From positions 1 to 58,918 of the forward strand of contig PKTW01000020.1 of NCBI GenBank assembly GCA_002868955.1: a stretch of 58,918 bases of DNA. Direction: 5' to 3'. Shown here one piece after another: positions 10,169 to 20,191 of the stretch (position 1 is the first letter of the stretch; each line of letters opens with the position of its first letter). Source of the DNA: Desulfobulbaceae bacterium (GTDB taxonomy: Bacteria; Desulfobacterota; Desulfobulbia; Desulfobulbales; BM004). A program made the translations under genes and the position numbers. The notes under the pieces were generated by a model, which saw only the letters and a program-made list of their open reading frames with translations, was not told where the DNA came from and did not search any database.

Positions 10169-10837
10169 ATGATACAACAGGATATGACCGCTGCGGTAAG
10201 GCAGGATTTTGGCAAAGGAGCGACGCATCGTTTAAGGCAGAGTGGATATGCACCTGCTATACTGTATGGGAAGAAATCAGAACCCATCGCCCTTGCCATG
10301 GAGACGAAGACACTGACCAGGGATCTCTTGCGGCTGCATGGCCATAATGTTGTGGTGAGCCTGGATATTGAAGGAGAAAATGGCAAGAAAAAGCATCATG
10401 TGCTTATTAAGGATATCCAGACAGACCCGATTACAGATTCTGTTCTGCATGTAGATTTTCTCGAGATCGACATGGATAAGGAAATTGTCCTGGATGTTGC
10501 GGTTGTGTATGAGGGAACTGCAAAGGGGGTTGATTTGGGCGGCATCCTGAACATTATGGCACATACTGTAAAGATAAAAGGGATGCCACTTGCCATTCCT
10601 GATGAAATTATGGTGGATGTGACTCCCCTCGAATTGACCAGTCATGGCATTACCTGTGGTGATCTGACAATTCCCGAGAATGTAACACTGGAAGAAGAGC
10701 TCGATAAAGTATGCGTTTCCATTGTTGCTCCCATGGCTGAAGAAGAGGAAGTTGAGGAAGAGGAGGCTGTTGAGGCGGAAGAGGGTGCTGAAGGGCCGGC
10801 CGAGACTGAAGAGCCAGCCACCCCTGCTGAGGAATAA
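10169..10837 (+). CDS. rplY: 50S ribosomal protein L25 / general stress protein Ctc, with acidic C-terminal tail
   Basis: AAGGAGGA lies 8 nt upstream. The protein has an L25 N-domain and a Ctc-type C-domain. The last ~35 residues are Glu-rich (EEEEVEEEEAVEAEEGAEG...). Confidence 0.9.
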   Translation: MIQQDMTAAVRQDFGKGATHRLRQSGYAPAILYGKKSEPIALAMETKTLTRDLLRLHGHNVVVSLDIEGENGKKKHHVLIKDIQTDPITDSVLHVDFLEIDMDKEIVLDVAVVYEGTAKGVDLGGILNIMAHTVKIKGMPLAIPDEIMVDVTPLELTSHGITCGDLTIPENVTLEEELDKVCVSIVAPMAEEEEVEEEEAVEAEEGAEGPAETEEPATPAEE

Positions 10838-10874
10838 AAGCACTTATTTTTCTCTTCATATAAAGATAAATTGG

Positions 10875-10910
10875 GCCGGGGAAAAGAAGTGCTTTTTCCC
10901 GGCTTTTTTA
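10875..10910 (+). terminator. Rho-independent terminator after rplY
   Basis: GCCGGGGAAAAG...CTTTTTCCCGGC stem with one mismatch, followed by TTTTTTATT. Confidence 0.7.
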
Positions 10911-10975
10911 TTCATAGTCGTGTGTGTCGTGTATTATACCCGAAGCAGTGAAAATATCTAAAGGTCCTTTTTGCA

Positions 10976-11542
10976 ATGTATTTGATCGTCGGTTTAGGTA
11001 ATCCAGGCCAGCAGTATACCGGGACAAGGCATAATGTCGGCTTTATGATGGTGGATTACCTTGCTGAAAAAAATAATCTGACTTTTACACATTCCAAATG
11101 GAAGGCTTTGGTCACTAAAGCTATTGTCTGGGAAGAGCCGATTGTACTGATGAAACCGCAAACATTCATGAACTTAAGTGGGACAGCTGTGGCACAGGCT
11201 GCACAGTTCTATAAAATGCAGCCAGCTAACATTATCGTCATCCATGATGATCTGGATATGGAGTTTGCACGCATAAAAATAGTTTCAGGTGGTGGCGATG
11301 GAGGGCACAAGGGAATTCGTTCAATCATCGAGCAACTTGGTACAAAGACTTTTCCCAGGATTAAAATCGGCCTTAGTCGACCTTCTTCCCCTGTGCTGCC
11401 AGAAAAATATGTGCTGGGCAAGTTTGATCCTGCGGAGAAAGAGATGATTGAAAAGAAAATGCCCTTTGTCTTGGAGGGCATAAGGATTTTCCTGCAAGAG
11501 GGAATCGCGGCAGCCATGACTATGATTAACCAAAAGAAATGA
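10976..11542 (+). CDS. pth: Peptidyl-tRNA hydrolase
   Basis: Begins MYLIVGLGNPGQQYTGTRHNVGF, the canonical Pth N-terminus with the catalytic His. Confidence 0.95.
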   Translation: MYLIVGLGNPGQQYTGTRHNVGFMMVDYLAEKNNLTFTHSKWKALVTKAIVWEEPIVLMKPQTFMNLSGTAVAQAAQFYKMQPANIIVIHDDLDMEFARIKIVSGGGDGGHKGIRSIIEQLGTKTFPRIKIGLSRPSSPVLPEKYVLGKFDPAEKEMIEKKMPFVLEGIRIFLQEGIAAAMTMINQKK

Positions 11543-11739
11543 TCATTAATTTTTCAGATGTCCTGGTAAAACATCCCGGTGCAGGAACTATATAAAAGCA
11601 AACTTTGAGTTTTTTGAAAAACTATGGTATGATGCATGATCTTAGTTCTTAAAAGCGTGTCAGGAGTGCTTTGATGCACTATTTTTCGGAATGGTTCTCT
11701 AATGAACCGGAACGTAATTTTATATGAAGGAGAGAAATT

Positions 11740-12219
11740 GTGTTTGATGTAGGACAAATGGCAGTATATCCAGCTCATGGTGTAGGCGTTATCGAGTCAA
11801 TTGAGCACAGAAGGATTGGTGAATGCGAACAGTCTTTTTATGTCATGAAAATCCTGAAGAATAATATGGTGATCATGATCCCGACAGCTACAAGCAAAAA
11901 TGTCGGTCTGCGAAACATAATTTCCCCCAAAGAGGTGAATGATGTTTTTGACATCTTGCAGGAAAAGGATGTCGTAATTGGAACACAGACCTGGAATAGG
12001 CGGTATCGTGAGTATATGGAAAAAATAAAAACAGGGTCTGTTTTTGAAGTTGCTGCTGTATTGCGAGATCTTTACCTGCTCCAGGAGGATAAGGATTTAT
12101 CCTATGGGGAGAGGAAAATGATGGATACAGCGAAAAGCCTTCTGGTGAAGGAACTGTCCATCGCCAATAAGACTGAAGAATGCAAAGTGGAAGAGAAGAT
12201 AGAGCTGATTTTCTCCTGA
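11740..12219 (+). CDS. carD: CarD/CdnL family RNA-polymerase-binding regulator
   Basis: GTG start after GAAGGAGAG. FDVGQMAVYPAHGVGVIESIE... matches the CarD_CdnL_TRCF domain. Confidence 0.88.
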   Translation: MFDVGQMAVYPAHGVGVIESIEHRRIGECEQSFYVMKILKNNMVIMIPTATSKNVGLRNIISPKEVNDVFDILQEKDVVIGTQTWNRRYREYMEKIKTGSVFEVAAVLRDLYLLQEDKDLSYGERKMMDTAKSLLVKELSIANKTEECKVEEKIELIFS

Positions 12220-12559
12220 TAGTCGTATAAACCACAATTGCAATACATATCGTTTCTGTTCCCTTAACGTAAGATCCGATGTGTCGTAAATTTTAAAACG
12301 GGAATTAATAGGGTTTGTGGCGATCCTGTTTCTGCATCAGTAAGCAGGATTGCCATAATTTACCCAATACTGAATCCTAACTAAAAACTACCTGTTTTTT
12401 CTTCCAATAGTCATACCTGTAAACAGTATAGTGTATAAATAAATCATACCCCGGTGCATGGATGTTCCCTTTGTGTAATTCTTTAAACTGCTATAGGGAT
12501 TTATATGGCCCCTCGATGTTTATGAGTGTTTCAGGTACAAACATTTTGCTTTCCCGGGC

Positions 12560-13543
12560 ATGGTAGAAACTGATTTCGTTACGGACAAAAAGGCAGTGCT
12601 GGGAGAGTCTATAAAGCTTGCTGTGCCAAATGAAAGGGAAGGCCAGCGGCTTGACCATTACCTCGTATGTATGGTTTCCAATGTCAGCCGAAGTCGACTG
12701 AGCAATCTTATACGCAATGGATTTATTCTTGTAAACGGCACTTCCTGTAAGGCGGGGAACCGCCTCAAGGGCGGTGATACTATAGAGATAACTCTACCTC
12801 CGCCTGAGCCGCTTGCAATTAAGCCTGAAAAAGTCGAATTTGGCGTGCTCCATGAGGACGATGATTTACTGGTAATTGCCAAACCGCCGGGGGTGGTTGT
12901 CCATCCGGCCAGCGGCCATAAAAAGGGGACACTGGTCCATGGTCTTCTTGCACATTGCGACAAACTGTCTGGAATAAGCGGTGTTGAACGGCCTGGAATA
13001 GTTCATCGTCTTGATAAAGATACTTCCGGGATAATGGTCATTGCGAAAAGCGACAAGTCCCACCATGGACTGGTTGAGCTTTTTAAGACGCGACAGGTCA
13101 AAAAGGTCTATCATGCCATTGTTGTTGGGCGGCCAGGAACAAAAAAAGGCTGTATATCGCAAGCAATTGGTCGGCACCGGAGCAATAGAAAAAAAATGGC
13201 TGTGCTCCAGTATGGCGGCAGAGAGGCTGTAACCTGCTGGTCTGTCCAGGAAGAGTTTGCAGACCACTTGACTTATCTTGAAGTGCGCCCGGAGACTGGA
13301 CGCACGCACCAGATACGAGTTCATATGGCTCATATCGGACATCCCGTAGCAGGAGATGCACTTTATGGAAACAGACAGCAAAAACAAACAAATGAGAAAT
13401 ATTGTATCAAGCGCCAATGTTTGCATGCTTACAGCCTGTCCTTTACGCATCCTGTAACAGGTGAACCGCTGGAGTTTATATCTCCGGTGTGGCCCGATAT
13501 GCAAGCGATACTTGTAAAACTCAGAGAACAGACACATCAATAA
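12560..13543 (+). CDS. rluD: RluA-family 23S rRNA pseudouridine synthase (RluD-like)
   Basis: N-terminal S4-like domain, the catalytic HRLDKDTSG motif, and RTHQIRVH. Confidence 0.88.
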   Translation: MVETDFVTDKKAVLGESIKLAVPNEREGQRLDHYLVCMVSNVSRSRLSNLIRNGFILVNGTSCKAGNRLKGGDTIEITLPPPEPLAIKPEKVEFGVLHEDDDLLVIAKPPGVVVHPASGHKKGTLVHGLLAHCDKLSGISGVERPGIVHRLDKDTSGIMVIAKSDKSHHGLVELFKTRQVKKVYHAIVVGRPGTKKGCISQAIGRHRSNRKKMAVLQYGGREAVTCWSVQEEFADHLTYLEVRPETGRTHQIRVHMAHIGHPVAGDALYGNRQQKQTNEKYCIKRQCLHAYSLSFTHPVTGEPLEFISPVWPDMQAILVKLREQTHQ

Positions 13544-13583
13544 CAGCGGATATGAGGCCCGGCCCGGAGCAATGAGTGCCTAA

Positions 13584-14234
13584 ATGGGATCAGCAGTGAT
13601 AAGAAAAATCGGTCTTACTGGTGGTATTGCATCGGGAAAGAGCCGGGTTGCCGAAATACTGGCCGGGATGCTGGATTGTGTCCATGTCGATGCTGATGAA
13701 CTATGCCGCCAACTTTTGCAACCGCATGCAGAAGGGTGGCTGAAATTTTCCAGTGAATTCGGCTTGACGTATTTTGCAGAAAACGGGAGTATAAACAGAC
13801 CCATTTTGCGTAAAAAGCTGTTTGCGGATGAAGATTTTCGCCAGAAAGTTAACAATGTAATTCATCCCCTGGTCAAAGGAGTAATTATTGCGCAAATGGA
13901 TCATATTATTGAATCCGATACCAATTCCAAAGTGCTTGTTGAAGTTCCTCTTCTCTTTGAGGTCCAGTGGGAAAATCTTTTTGATACAGTTGTTGTTGTG
14001 TATGCTGATTATGAAACGTGCCTCAACCGTCTGATGGAACGTGATGGAGTGGCAAGACGTGAAGCAATCAGGGAACTGGAAAGTCAGTTACCCCTGTCTG
14101 AAAAGGTGATAAAGGCGGATCATGTCATTGATAACAGCGGTGTGCTGACCGATACCAATATTCAAGTGGAACATCTGGCGGAATTGTTGAGCAGGAACCG
14201 CGGGCATAACTCCCGCGCCAGAACAAGGGATTAG
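13584..14234 (+). CDS. coaE: Dephospho-CoA kinase
   Basis: P-loop IGLTGGIASGKS. The true start may be the internal GTG (VIRKIGLTGG). Confidence 0.88.
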   Translation: MGSAVIRKIGLTGGIASGKSRVAEILAGMLDCVHVDADELCRQLLQPHAEGWLKFSSEFGLTYFAENGSINRPILRKKLFADEDFRQKVNNVIHPLVKGVIIAQMDHIIESDTNSKVLVEVPLLFEVQWENLFDTVVVVYADYETCLNRLMERDGVARREAIRELESQLPLSEKVIKADHVIDNSGVLTDTNIQVEHLAELLSRNRGHNSRARTRD

Positions 14235-14269
14235 CTTCAAAAATAATGGGAAGGATGTAGAAAAAAAGC

Positions 14270-14298
14270 TTGACAGTAAAAAGTGATGAAAATATGAT
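14270..14298 (+). promoter_or_regulatory. Near-consensus sigma70 promoter for rho
   Basis: TTGACA (14270-14275), a 17-nt spacer, then TATGAT (14293-14298). This implies a 5' leader of roughly 430 nt before the rho ATG. Confidence 0.6.
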
Positions 14299-14733
14299 AG
14301 CTAACACCTTGTGAAGTTTCTGAAATTCTCCCCACCTGTATAGGTACTTGCCCCTGGAAGAGAAAAAAGATCATAACTCCCTAATCGAATACAAAACACC
14401 TTTCTTCAATCTGTCAACGATCACATGATTTTTCCATAAAAGAAAAAAGTCCATATTGTTTGTGCCCAGAAATAACTGTGGCTGATTTAACAAATCACTA
14501 ACGATCTATTATTGCACTATTCAAGCAAAATAAAAATTGAAAACAAACAAAAGACTTACAGTATGTTCGGCGCTGTAAGATGATGGTCTTGTGTCTTGCC
14601 TGCACATTATCTGCAGTTGATTCTCGTTTACCCAGGGAGACCTGGAACATATAAATAAAAAAGGATTTTAAAAAATTAGGTGTAATGCAAAACAGGCATT
14701 GCATTAAAGAAAAAAAACAAAGGAAGCTGATGT

Positions 14734-15996
14734 ATGGATTTAGCGGAACTGAAAGAAAAGAAAATTAATGAACTTACCAAGCTTGCCCGGGATTATAACG
14801 TTGACGGTATCAGCGGTATGCGGAAGCAGGAGCTTATTTTTGCTATTCTGCAGGCCAAAGCAAAACAGGCCAAAGACGAAAAAAACGGCATGGTTACCGG
14901 GCGGGGAGTGCTTGAGATACTCCCTGACGGCTTCGGTTTTTTACGGGCACCGGCTTATAATTATCTTCCCGGTCCGGATGATATATATGTGTCGCCATCC
15001 CAGATCCGGAGGTTGAGTTTACGTACGGGTGATACCGTTGAAGGCCTTGTCAGATCTCCCAAGGACAGTGAACGCTATTTTGCGTTGCTCAAGGTAAAAA
15101 GCATCAACTATGAGGCGCCGGAGAAAGCCAAGGATAAAACCCTGTTCTCAAACCTGACACCTCTGCACCCAAACGAAAAAATTGAGTTGGAGGCAAAAAA
15201 GGATGAATTTTCGACCCGCATAATGAATATTATGTCGCCAATCGGCAAGGGGCAGAGAGGCTTGATCGTTGCGCCACCAAGGACTGGCAAAACAGTATTA
15301 TTACAGAAAATTGCCAATTCCATAGTTAAAAACCATAAGGAGATCATTCTTATAGTTCTTTTAATTGATGAACGGCCTGAAGAGGTCACGGATATGGCGA
15401 GAAACGTCAATGCTGAGGTGGTCAGTTCCACCTTTGATGAGCCGCCCCAACGCCATATACAGGTGGCGGAAATGGTCATACAGAAGGCAAAAAGGCTGGT
15501 AGAGCATAAAAAGGATGTTGTTATACTCCTGGACAGTATCACCCGGCTGGCGCGGGCCTATAATACAGTTACCCCGTCAAGTGGCCGGATTTTGTCCGGT
15601 GGGGTCGAAGCGACCGCATTGCATAGACCAAAAAGATTTTTCGGCGCAGCAAGGAATATTGAAGAAGGCGGTAGCCTCACCATTATTGCTACTGCTCTGG
15701 TAGAGACAGGCAGCAGGATGGACGAGGTTATTTTCGAGGAATTTAAAGGAACGGGTAATATGGAACTCGTCCTTGATCGAAAAATGTCGGAAAGAAGAAT
15801 TTTCCCCGCCATTGATATAAATAGATCCGGCACTCGAAAAGAGGATTTGTTATTAGATGCGGCTGAACTCAACAGAATATGGATTTTGCGTAAACTTCTT
15901 TCTTCATTAAATCCTGGCGATGCCATGGAATTTTTGCTTGATAAGATGAAGGCAACAAAAACAAATGCAGAATTTTTTCAATCCATGAATAGCTGA
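14734..15996 (+). CDS. rho: Transcription termination factor Rho
   Basis: Rho_N region ([19 protein letters not shown]), RNA-binding CSD ([14 protein letters not shown]) and Walker A APPRTGKT. Confidence 0.97.
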   Translation: MDLAELKEKKINELTKLARDYNVDGISGMRKQELIFAILQAKAKQAKDEKNGMVTGRGVLEILPDGFGFLRAPAYNYLPGPDDIYVSPSQIRRLSLRTGDTVEGLVRSPKDSERYFALLKVKSINYEAPEKAKDKTLFSNLTPLHPNEKIELEAKKDEFSTRIMNIMSPIGKGQRGLIVAPPRTGKTVLLQKIANSIVKNHKEIILIVLLIDERPEEVTDMARNVNAEVVSSTFDEPPQRHIQVAEMVIQKAKRLVEHKKDVVILLDSITRLARAYNTVTPSSGRILSGGVEATALHRPKRFFGAARNIEEGGSLTIIATALVETGSRMDEVIFEEFKGTGNMELVLDRKMSERRIFPAIDINRSGTRKEDLLLDAAELNRIWILRKLLSSLNPGDAMEFLLDKMKATKTNAEFFQSMNS

Positions 15997-16171
15997 TACA
16001 GTTTTAAAATGTCGCGAAGGATCAGGAGGGGCTGGCACTTTGAGCTGGTTACCGGCGCAATACCTGTCGGATGAAAGCTTATTTGCGAAGCCAGCAATAG
16101 TTTAAGCGGAAATTTTTATTGTGCAAACGCAACCGTAACTTTCGGCTTATTTTGAATTTTTCTAATACAGC

Positions 16172-16199
16172 TTGCAATAATATTTTAATTATATATAAT
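16172..16199 (+). promoter_or_regulatory. Near-consensus sigma70 promoter for rpmE
   Basis: TTGCAA (16172-16177), a 16-nt spacer, then TATAAT (16194-16199), about 180 nt upstream of the rpmE ATG. Confidence 0.6.
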
Positions 16200-16378
16200 T
16201 CGCCGTTTTCATCTGGGCCTTTACTTTTAACATTGGGCTGAGATGCTATTTTAAAAAGGTTACAAGAGATAAAGTCTGCCCCGGTCGCTTAAGACAACCA
16301 GGGAAACCAAGACATTCTGGCTGAAAGTTTAAACGGTGCCGCATTGAACTGCAGGGCACTTGTTGGAGGAAAACAATA

Positions 16379-16603
16379 ATGAAGAAAGATATACACCCCG
16401 AATACCATAAAATTAAAGCACAGTGTGCCTGCGGCAACGAAGTAGAGCTTGGCTCAGTAAGCAATGAAATGAGTGTTGAGATTTGTTCCGCCTGCCATCC
16501 CTTTTTCACAGGCAAACAAAAGCTTATTGACTCAGCTGGTAGAGTTGAAAAATTCATGAAGAAATATGCTGATCATCTGAAAAAAAATCCTAAATCTGCT
16601 TAA
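16379..16603 (+). CDS. rpmE: 50S ribosomal protein L31 (zinc-binding type A)
   Basis: Begins [10 protein letters not shown] and carries the Cys pairs CAC...CSAC. Confidence 0.95.
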   Translation: MKKDIHPEYHKIKAQCACGNEVELGSVSNEMSVEICSACHPFFTGKQKLIDSAGRVEKFMKKYADHLKKNPKSA

Positions 16604-16622
16604 CACTTATAACAGTTTTAAA

Positions 16623-16663
16623 ACAGGGGACCTCCGGAGCCGGAGTGTCCCCTGTTTTCGTTT
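16623..16663 (+). terminator. Rho-independent terminator after rpmE
   Basis: ACAGGGGAC / GTCCCCTGT outer stem with inner CTCCG/CGGAG, followed by TTTTCGTTT. Confidence 0.8.
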
Positions 16664-16799
16664 GCTGCGGAAGAGCATGAACAGCAGCAAATCTGACAAA
16701 AAGTAACATCCTTACCCCGGGAGATTCTCCACAGCATAACGTTGGGAAGCTTCAAAAGCTGTTGTTGGCAAAATTTAAAATCTAAGAACTGCTAGAGCC

Positions 16800-17867
16800 A
16801 TGTTTCCAACACCCGATGAACTTGAGACTAAACTCTCTAATCTTGAAAAGAAACTTTCAGACCCCGCTCTCATTGCAAACCAGCGCGAGTACACAAAGGT
16901 GGCGCAGGAGCATGCCCAGGTAACCAAATTAGCTGCTCTCAGCAGCAGACACCAGAAGGTCAATGATGAGCTCGCAGAAAACAAGAAGATGCTCCAGGAA
17001 GAGGATGATCCTGAGCTGCTGGAATTAGTTAATAAGGATATCGAGGAACTTAAGGAAAAAGCGGGTGATATTGAAAACGATATAAAGCTGCTGCTGTTGC
17101 CGAAAGACCCGAATGATGAAAAAAATATTCTCCTTGAAATCAGGGCTGGCACCGGTGGAGATGAGGCCGCTCTGTTTGTAGGTGACCTCTTTAAGATGTA
17201 CAGCCGCTATGCTGATGAGGTAGGCTGGAATGTCGAGATCATGAGCAGCAATCCCTTAGGTATAGGCGGTTTCAAGGAAATAATCGCCCTTATAAGCGGC
17301 GAAAAAGTATACAGCAGATTAAAATATGAAAGCGGAGTGCACAGGGTCCAGAGAGTGCCGGAAACAGAGACCCAGGGTAGAATTCACACCTCAGCTGTTA
17401 CAGTAGCTGTATTGCCCGAGGCAGAAGATGTAGAAGTTGAAATTGATCCCAATGAACTGCGTATCGACGTTTTCCGCTCGTCTGGTCCTGGAGGCCAGAG
17501 CGTGAATAAAACTGAATCCGCCATCCGTATTACCCACCTGCCGACAGGACTTGTTGTCTCGTGCCAGGATGAAAAGTCGCAGCACAAAAATAAAGCCAAG
17601 GGCTTGAAAGTGTTGCGAGCCCGTCTTCTTGACAAGATGGAACAGGATCAGCATGACAAGATATCTGAAAACCGTAAAAGCCAGGTTGGTACAGGAGACC
17701 GAAGTGAACGCATCCGTACCTACAATTATCCACAGGGAAGAGTGACTGACCATCGTATAGGTCTGACACTTTACAGGCTTGAGTCCATAATGCTGGGGAA
17801 AATTGATGAGATCATTAACCCGCTTATTGTTCATTTCCAGGCTGAAGCCCTTAAAGAAATAATCTAA
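16800..17867 (+). CDS. prfA: Peptide chain release factor 1
   Basis: 355 aa with the GGQ motif ([11 protein letters not shown]) and an RF1-type domain 2. Confidence 0.96.
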   Translation: MFPTPDELETKLSNLEKKLSDPALIANQREYTKVAQEHAQVTKLAALSSRHQKVNDELAENKKMLQEEDDPELLELVNKDIEELKEKAGDIENDIKLLLLPKDPNDEKNILLEIRAGTGGDEAALFVGDLFKMYSRYADEVGWNVEIMSSNPLGIGGFKEIIALISGEKVYSRLKYESGVHRVQRVPETETQGRIHTSAVTVAVLPEAEDVEVEIDPNELRIDVFRSSGPGGQSVNKTESAIRITHLPTGLVVSCQDEKSQHKNKAKGLKVLRARLLDKMEQDQHDKISENRKSQVGTGDRSERIRTYNYPQGRVTDHRIGLTLYRLESIMLGKIDEIINPLIVHFQAEALKEII

Positions 17868-17967
17868 GCCAGGGGAAAGATTATTTCCCTTCTGTAAATG
17901 TGAGGGAACAGTCACCAATTAACTTTTCAACAAGGTATTCCATTATTAAAATACCTGTAAAAATTAC

Positions 17968-18858
17968 GTGCAGATCAAAACAGTTTTCCACAACGGTGTT
18001 AAGCGTCTCAAACAGGCAGGAATTACTGAATCCGAGCTTGAGGCGTCCCTGCTGCTCGCCCATGCGCTCGAAATGAAAAGAACAGCAGTTCTCCTTGCCG
18101 GTGAGAAGGTCTTAAATGACACCCAACTTGAAGTATACGAAAGAAATGTCTCCAGACGACTGGCCCGGGAACCTCTGGCCTACATAATTGGTGAAAAAGA
18201 ATTCTGGTCGCTTCCCTTCAAAGTAACAAAAGATGTTCTTATCCCCCGTCCTGAGACAGAGTTTCTGCTGGAAAAAACACTGGAAGTCCTCAAAAGTTCT
18301 GCAGGAAATCCTGAACAGATTATCAAAATTCTCGATCTAGGCACTGGAAGTGGAGTCCTGGCCATTGTACTGGCTTTGGAACTGGCGACAGTAAAAGTGA
18401 CTGCCCTGGACTATTCTTGCAATGCATTGAAAGTTGCGCTCCACAATGCTAAAAAACATAAGGTCGCAGAAATTATCGATTTCATTAATTGCAATTGGTT
18501 CGAGGGAATAAAAGCAAAGGCTGAGTTCGATGTAGTAATTTCCAATCCTCCTTATGTAGCCAAGGAAGTTCTCGCAGAACCCTTTGGCAAGAACAACGGT
18601 TCTCTGCAACCGGAGGTGGGAGATTACGAACCGCGCTTGGCTCTTGATGGAGGTGAACGAGGTGTTCAGGAGATTCGTAGAATAGCAGCAGAGCTGTGGA
18701 AAGTACTCAAACCGCGCGGCTGGTTTTTTATGGAGATAGGTGGAGACCAGCAAAAAGAAGTTTTTGATATGTTTAGAAGAACAGCTGCATACGACAGCCT
18801 CGAAATTTTTAATGACTATGCCGGATTGCCCAGGGTTTTTCAGGCCCGCAAAAGTTGA
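17968..18858 (+). CDS. prmC: Release-factor glutamine N5-methyltransferase
   Basis: GTG start. SAM motif LDLGTGSGV and substrate motif ISNPPYV. It follows prfA, as in the conserved gene pair. Confidence 0.92.
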   Translation: MQIKTVFHNGVKRLKQAGITESELEASLLLAHALEMKRTAVLLAGEKVLNDTQLEVYERNVSRRLAREPLAYIIGEKEFWSLPFKVTKDVLIPRPETEFLLEKTLEVLKSSAGNPEQIIKILDLGTGSGVLAIVLALELATVKVTALDYSCNALKVALHNAKKHKVAEIIDFINCNWFEGIKAKAEFDVVISNPPYVAKEVLAEPFGKNNGSLQPEVGDYEPRLALDGGERGVQEIRRIAAELWKVLKPRGWFFMEIGGDQQKEVFDMFRRTAAYDSLEIFNDYAGLPRVFQARKS

Positions 18859-18934
18859 TATGACTTCGGGAAATAAGTATGCTGAATATTATGCACTTCT
18901 GGTGCCAAAAATATCTCTGCGTGAGTAATACGTT

Positions 18935-20191
18935 ATGCATAAATTGATCATTGAGGGAGCACACAAGCTGCAAGGTGAAGTCCGCATAAGCGGAGCTAAA
19001 AATGCAGCCCTGCCATTGATTGCGGCAACCCTGCTGGCACGTGGTTGGCATACTATACATAACGTACCTGACCTGCGTGATACCCGAACGATGCTTGCTC
19101 TGCTTGAAACCCTTGGGGCGCAATGGAAATGGGAAAACAGTACGTTATTGGTCAACACGGATTCTCTAAATAATTTTGAAGCTTCCTATGACCTGGTAAA
19201 AACGATGCGTGCGTCAATTCTCGTTCTGGGACCCTTGCTGGCCCGTATGGGGAAAACTCGCGTTTCCTTGCCTGGGGGCTGTGCCATTGGAGCACGGCCG
19301 ATAGATTTTCACCTGCAGGGTTTGAAGAATATGGGGGCAACTCTTGCCTTGGAAGATGGTTATGTCACAGCTTCTGCCAAAAAACATCTTACCGGGGGGA
19401 ATGTTTACTTTGATGTTCCATCGGTAACCGGGACTGAAAATATTCTCATGGCAGCTGTCCTGGCAAAAGGGGAAACGGTTATTAAAAATGCTGCCAGGGA
19501 ACCCGAGGTAAGCAATTTGGTCGACATGCTTATTTCCATGGGAGCACGAATTTCCGGCAAAGGCACTGAACGCCTGACCATTCAGGGGGTTAAAAAATTA
19601 AGGCCGGCGGAAATTATTACTATACCCGACCGCATCGAAACCGGCACCTATCTTATTGCTGTTGGAACCGCCGGCGGGGAGGCATCAGTGACACATTGCC
19701 AACCTTCCCATTTACCGTCCCTTATTGAGAAGCTACGGTCAGCAGGTCTTATTATCAAAGAGTCAGAAAATTCTCTTTTTGTATCACGCCCGGCAAAGGT
19801 GCAAAGCATTGATATCAAAACGCAGCCCTACCCGGGGTTTCCAACCGATCTCCAGGCTCAGCTCATGGTTCTTATGACCCTGGCTAACGGATTGAGCGTC
19901 ATCACGGAGACAATATTTGAAAACAGGTTCATGCACGTGGCTGAATTAAAACGGATGGGAGCAGATATAAAAATAAATGGCCACAGCGCCATTGTTAAGG
20001 GTATTAAGCAACTTAAAGGGGCCCCGGTAATGGCCACGGATCTTCGGGCCAGCGCCTCCCTGGTCGTGGCAGCTCTTGCAGCACATGGGATTACGGAGAT
20101 TTCCAGAATATACCATCTTGAAAGGGGGTATGAGGATATGGTGGGAAAACTTCAGGCCCTTGGAGCCAAGGTGCGCAAGGAAAAAGAATGA
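18935..20191 (+). CDS. murA: UDP-N-acetylglucosamine 1-carboxyvinyltransferase
   Basis: 418 aa with the active-site loop [13 protein letters not shown]. Confidence 0.96.
   Translation: MHKLIIEGAHKLQGEVRISGAKNAALPLIAATLLARGWHTIHNVPDLRDTRTMLALLETLGAQWKWENSTLLVNTDSLNNFEASYDLVKTMRASILVLGPLLARMGKTRVSLPGGCAIGARPIDFHLQGLKNMGATLALEDGYVTASAKKHLTGGNVYFDVPSVTGTENILMAAVLAKGETVIKNAAREPEVSNLVDMLISMGARISGKGTERLTIQGVKKLRPAEIITIPDRIETGTYLIAVGTAGGEASVTHCQPSHLPSLIEKLRSAGLIIKESENSLFVSRPAKVQSIDIKTQPYPGFPTDLQAQLMVLMTLANGLSVITETIFENRFMHVAELKRMGADIKINGHSAIVKGIKQLKGAPVMATDLRASASLVVAALAAHGITEISRIYHLERGYEDMVGKLQALGAKVRKEKE

Noticed and set aside
10735-10837. A GAA/GAG-rich repetitive stretch resembling a tandem repeat.
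   Set aside because: It is in frame within rplY and simply encodes the acidic C-terminal tail of the Ctc-type L25. It has no exact repeat unit.
12220-12559. Long unexplained spacers (carD-rluD 340 bp, envC-ctpA 52458-52776, RNase II-era 49855-50153, ftsZ-rSAM 30662-30996), scanned for sRNAs, small ORFs and riboswitches.
   Set aside because: I saw only short, weak hairpins (for example GGCGATCCTG...CAGGATTGCC near 12329-12364 and GCACC-N7-GGTGC at about 30855-30871). None has a convincing terminator, promoter pair or recognisable RNA family.
16033-16038. TGGCAC hexamers (also at 47570) as sigma54 -24 elements for the NtrC-type regulator.
   Set aside because: There is no TTGC element at the required spacing of about 5 nt. 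One of them lies on the wrong strand, inside the mraZ start region.
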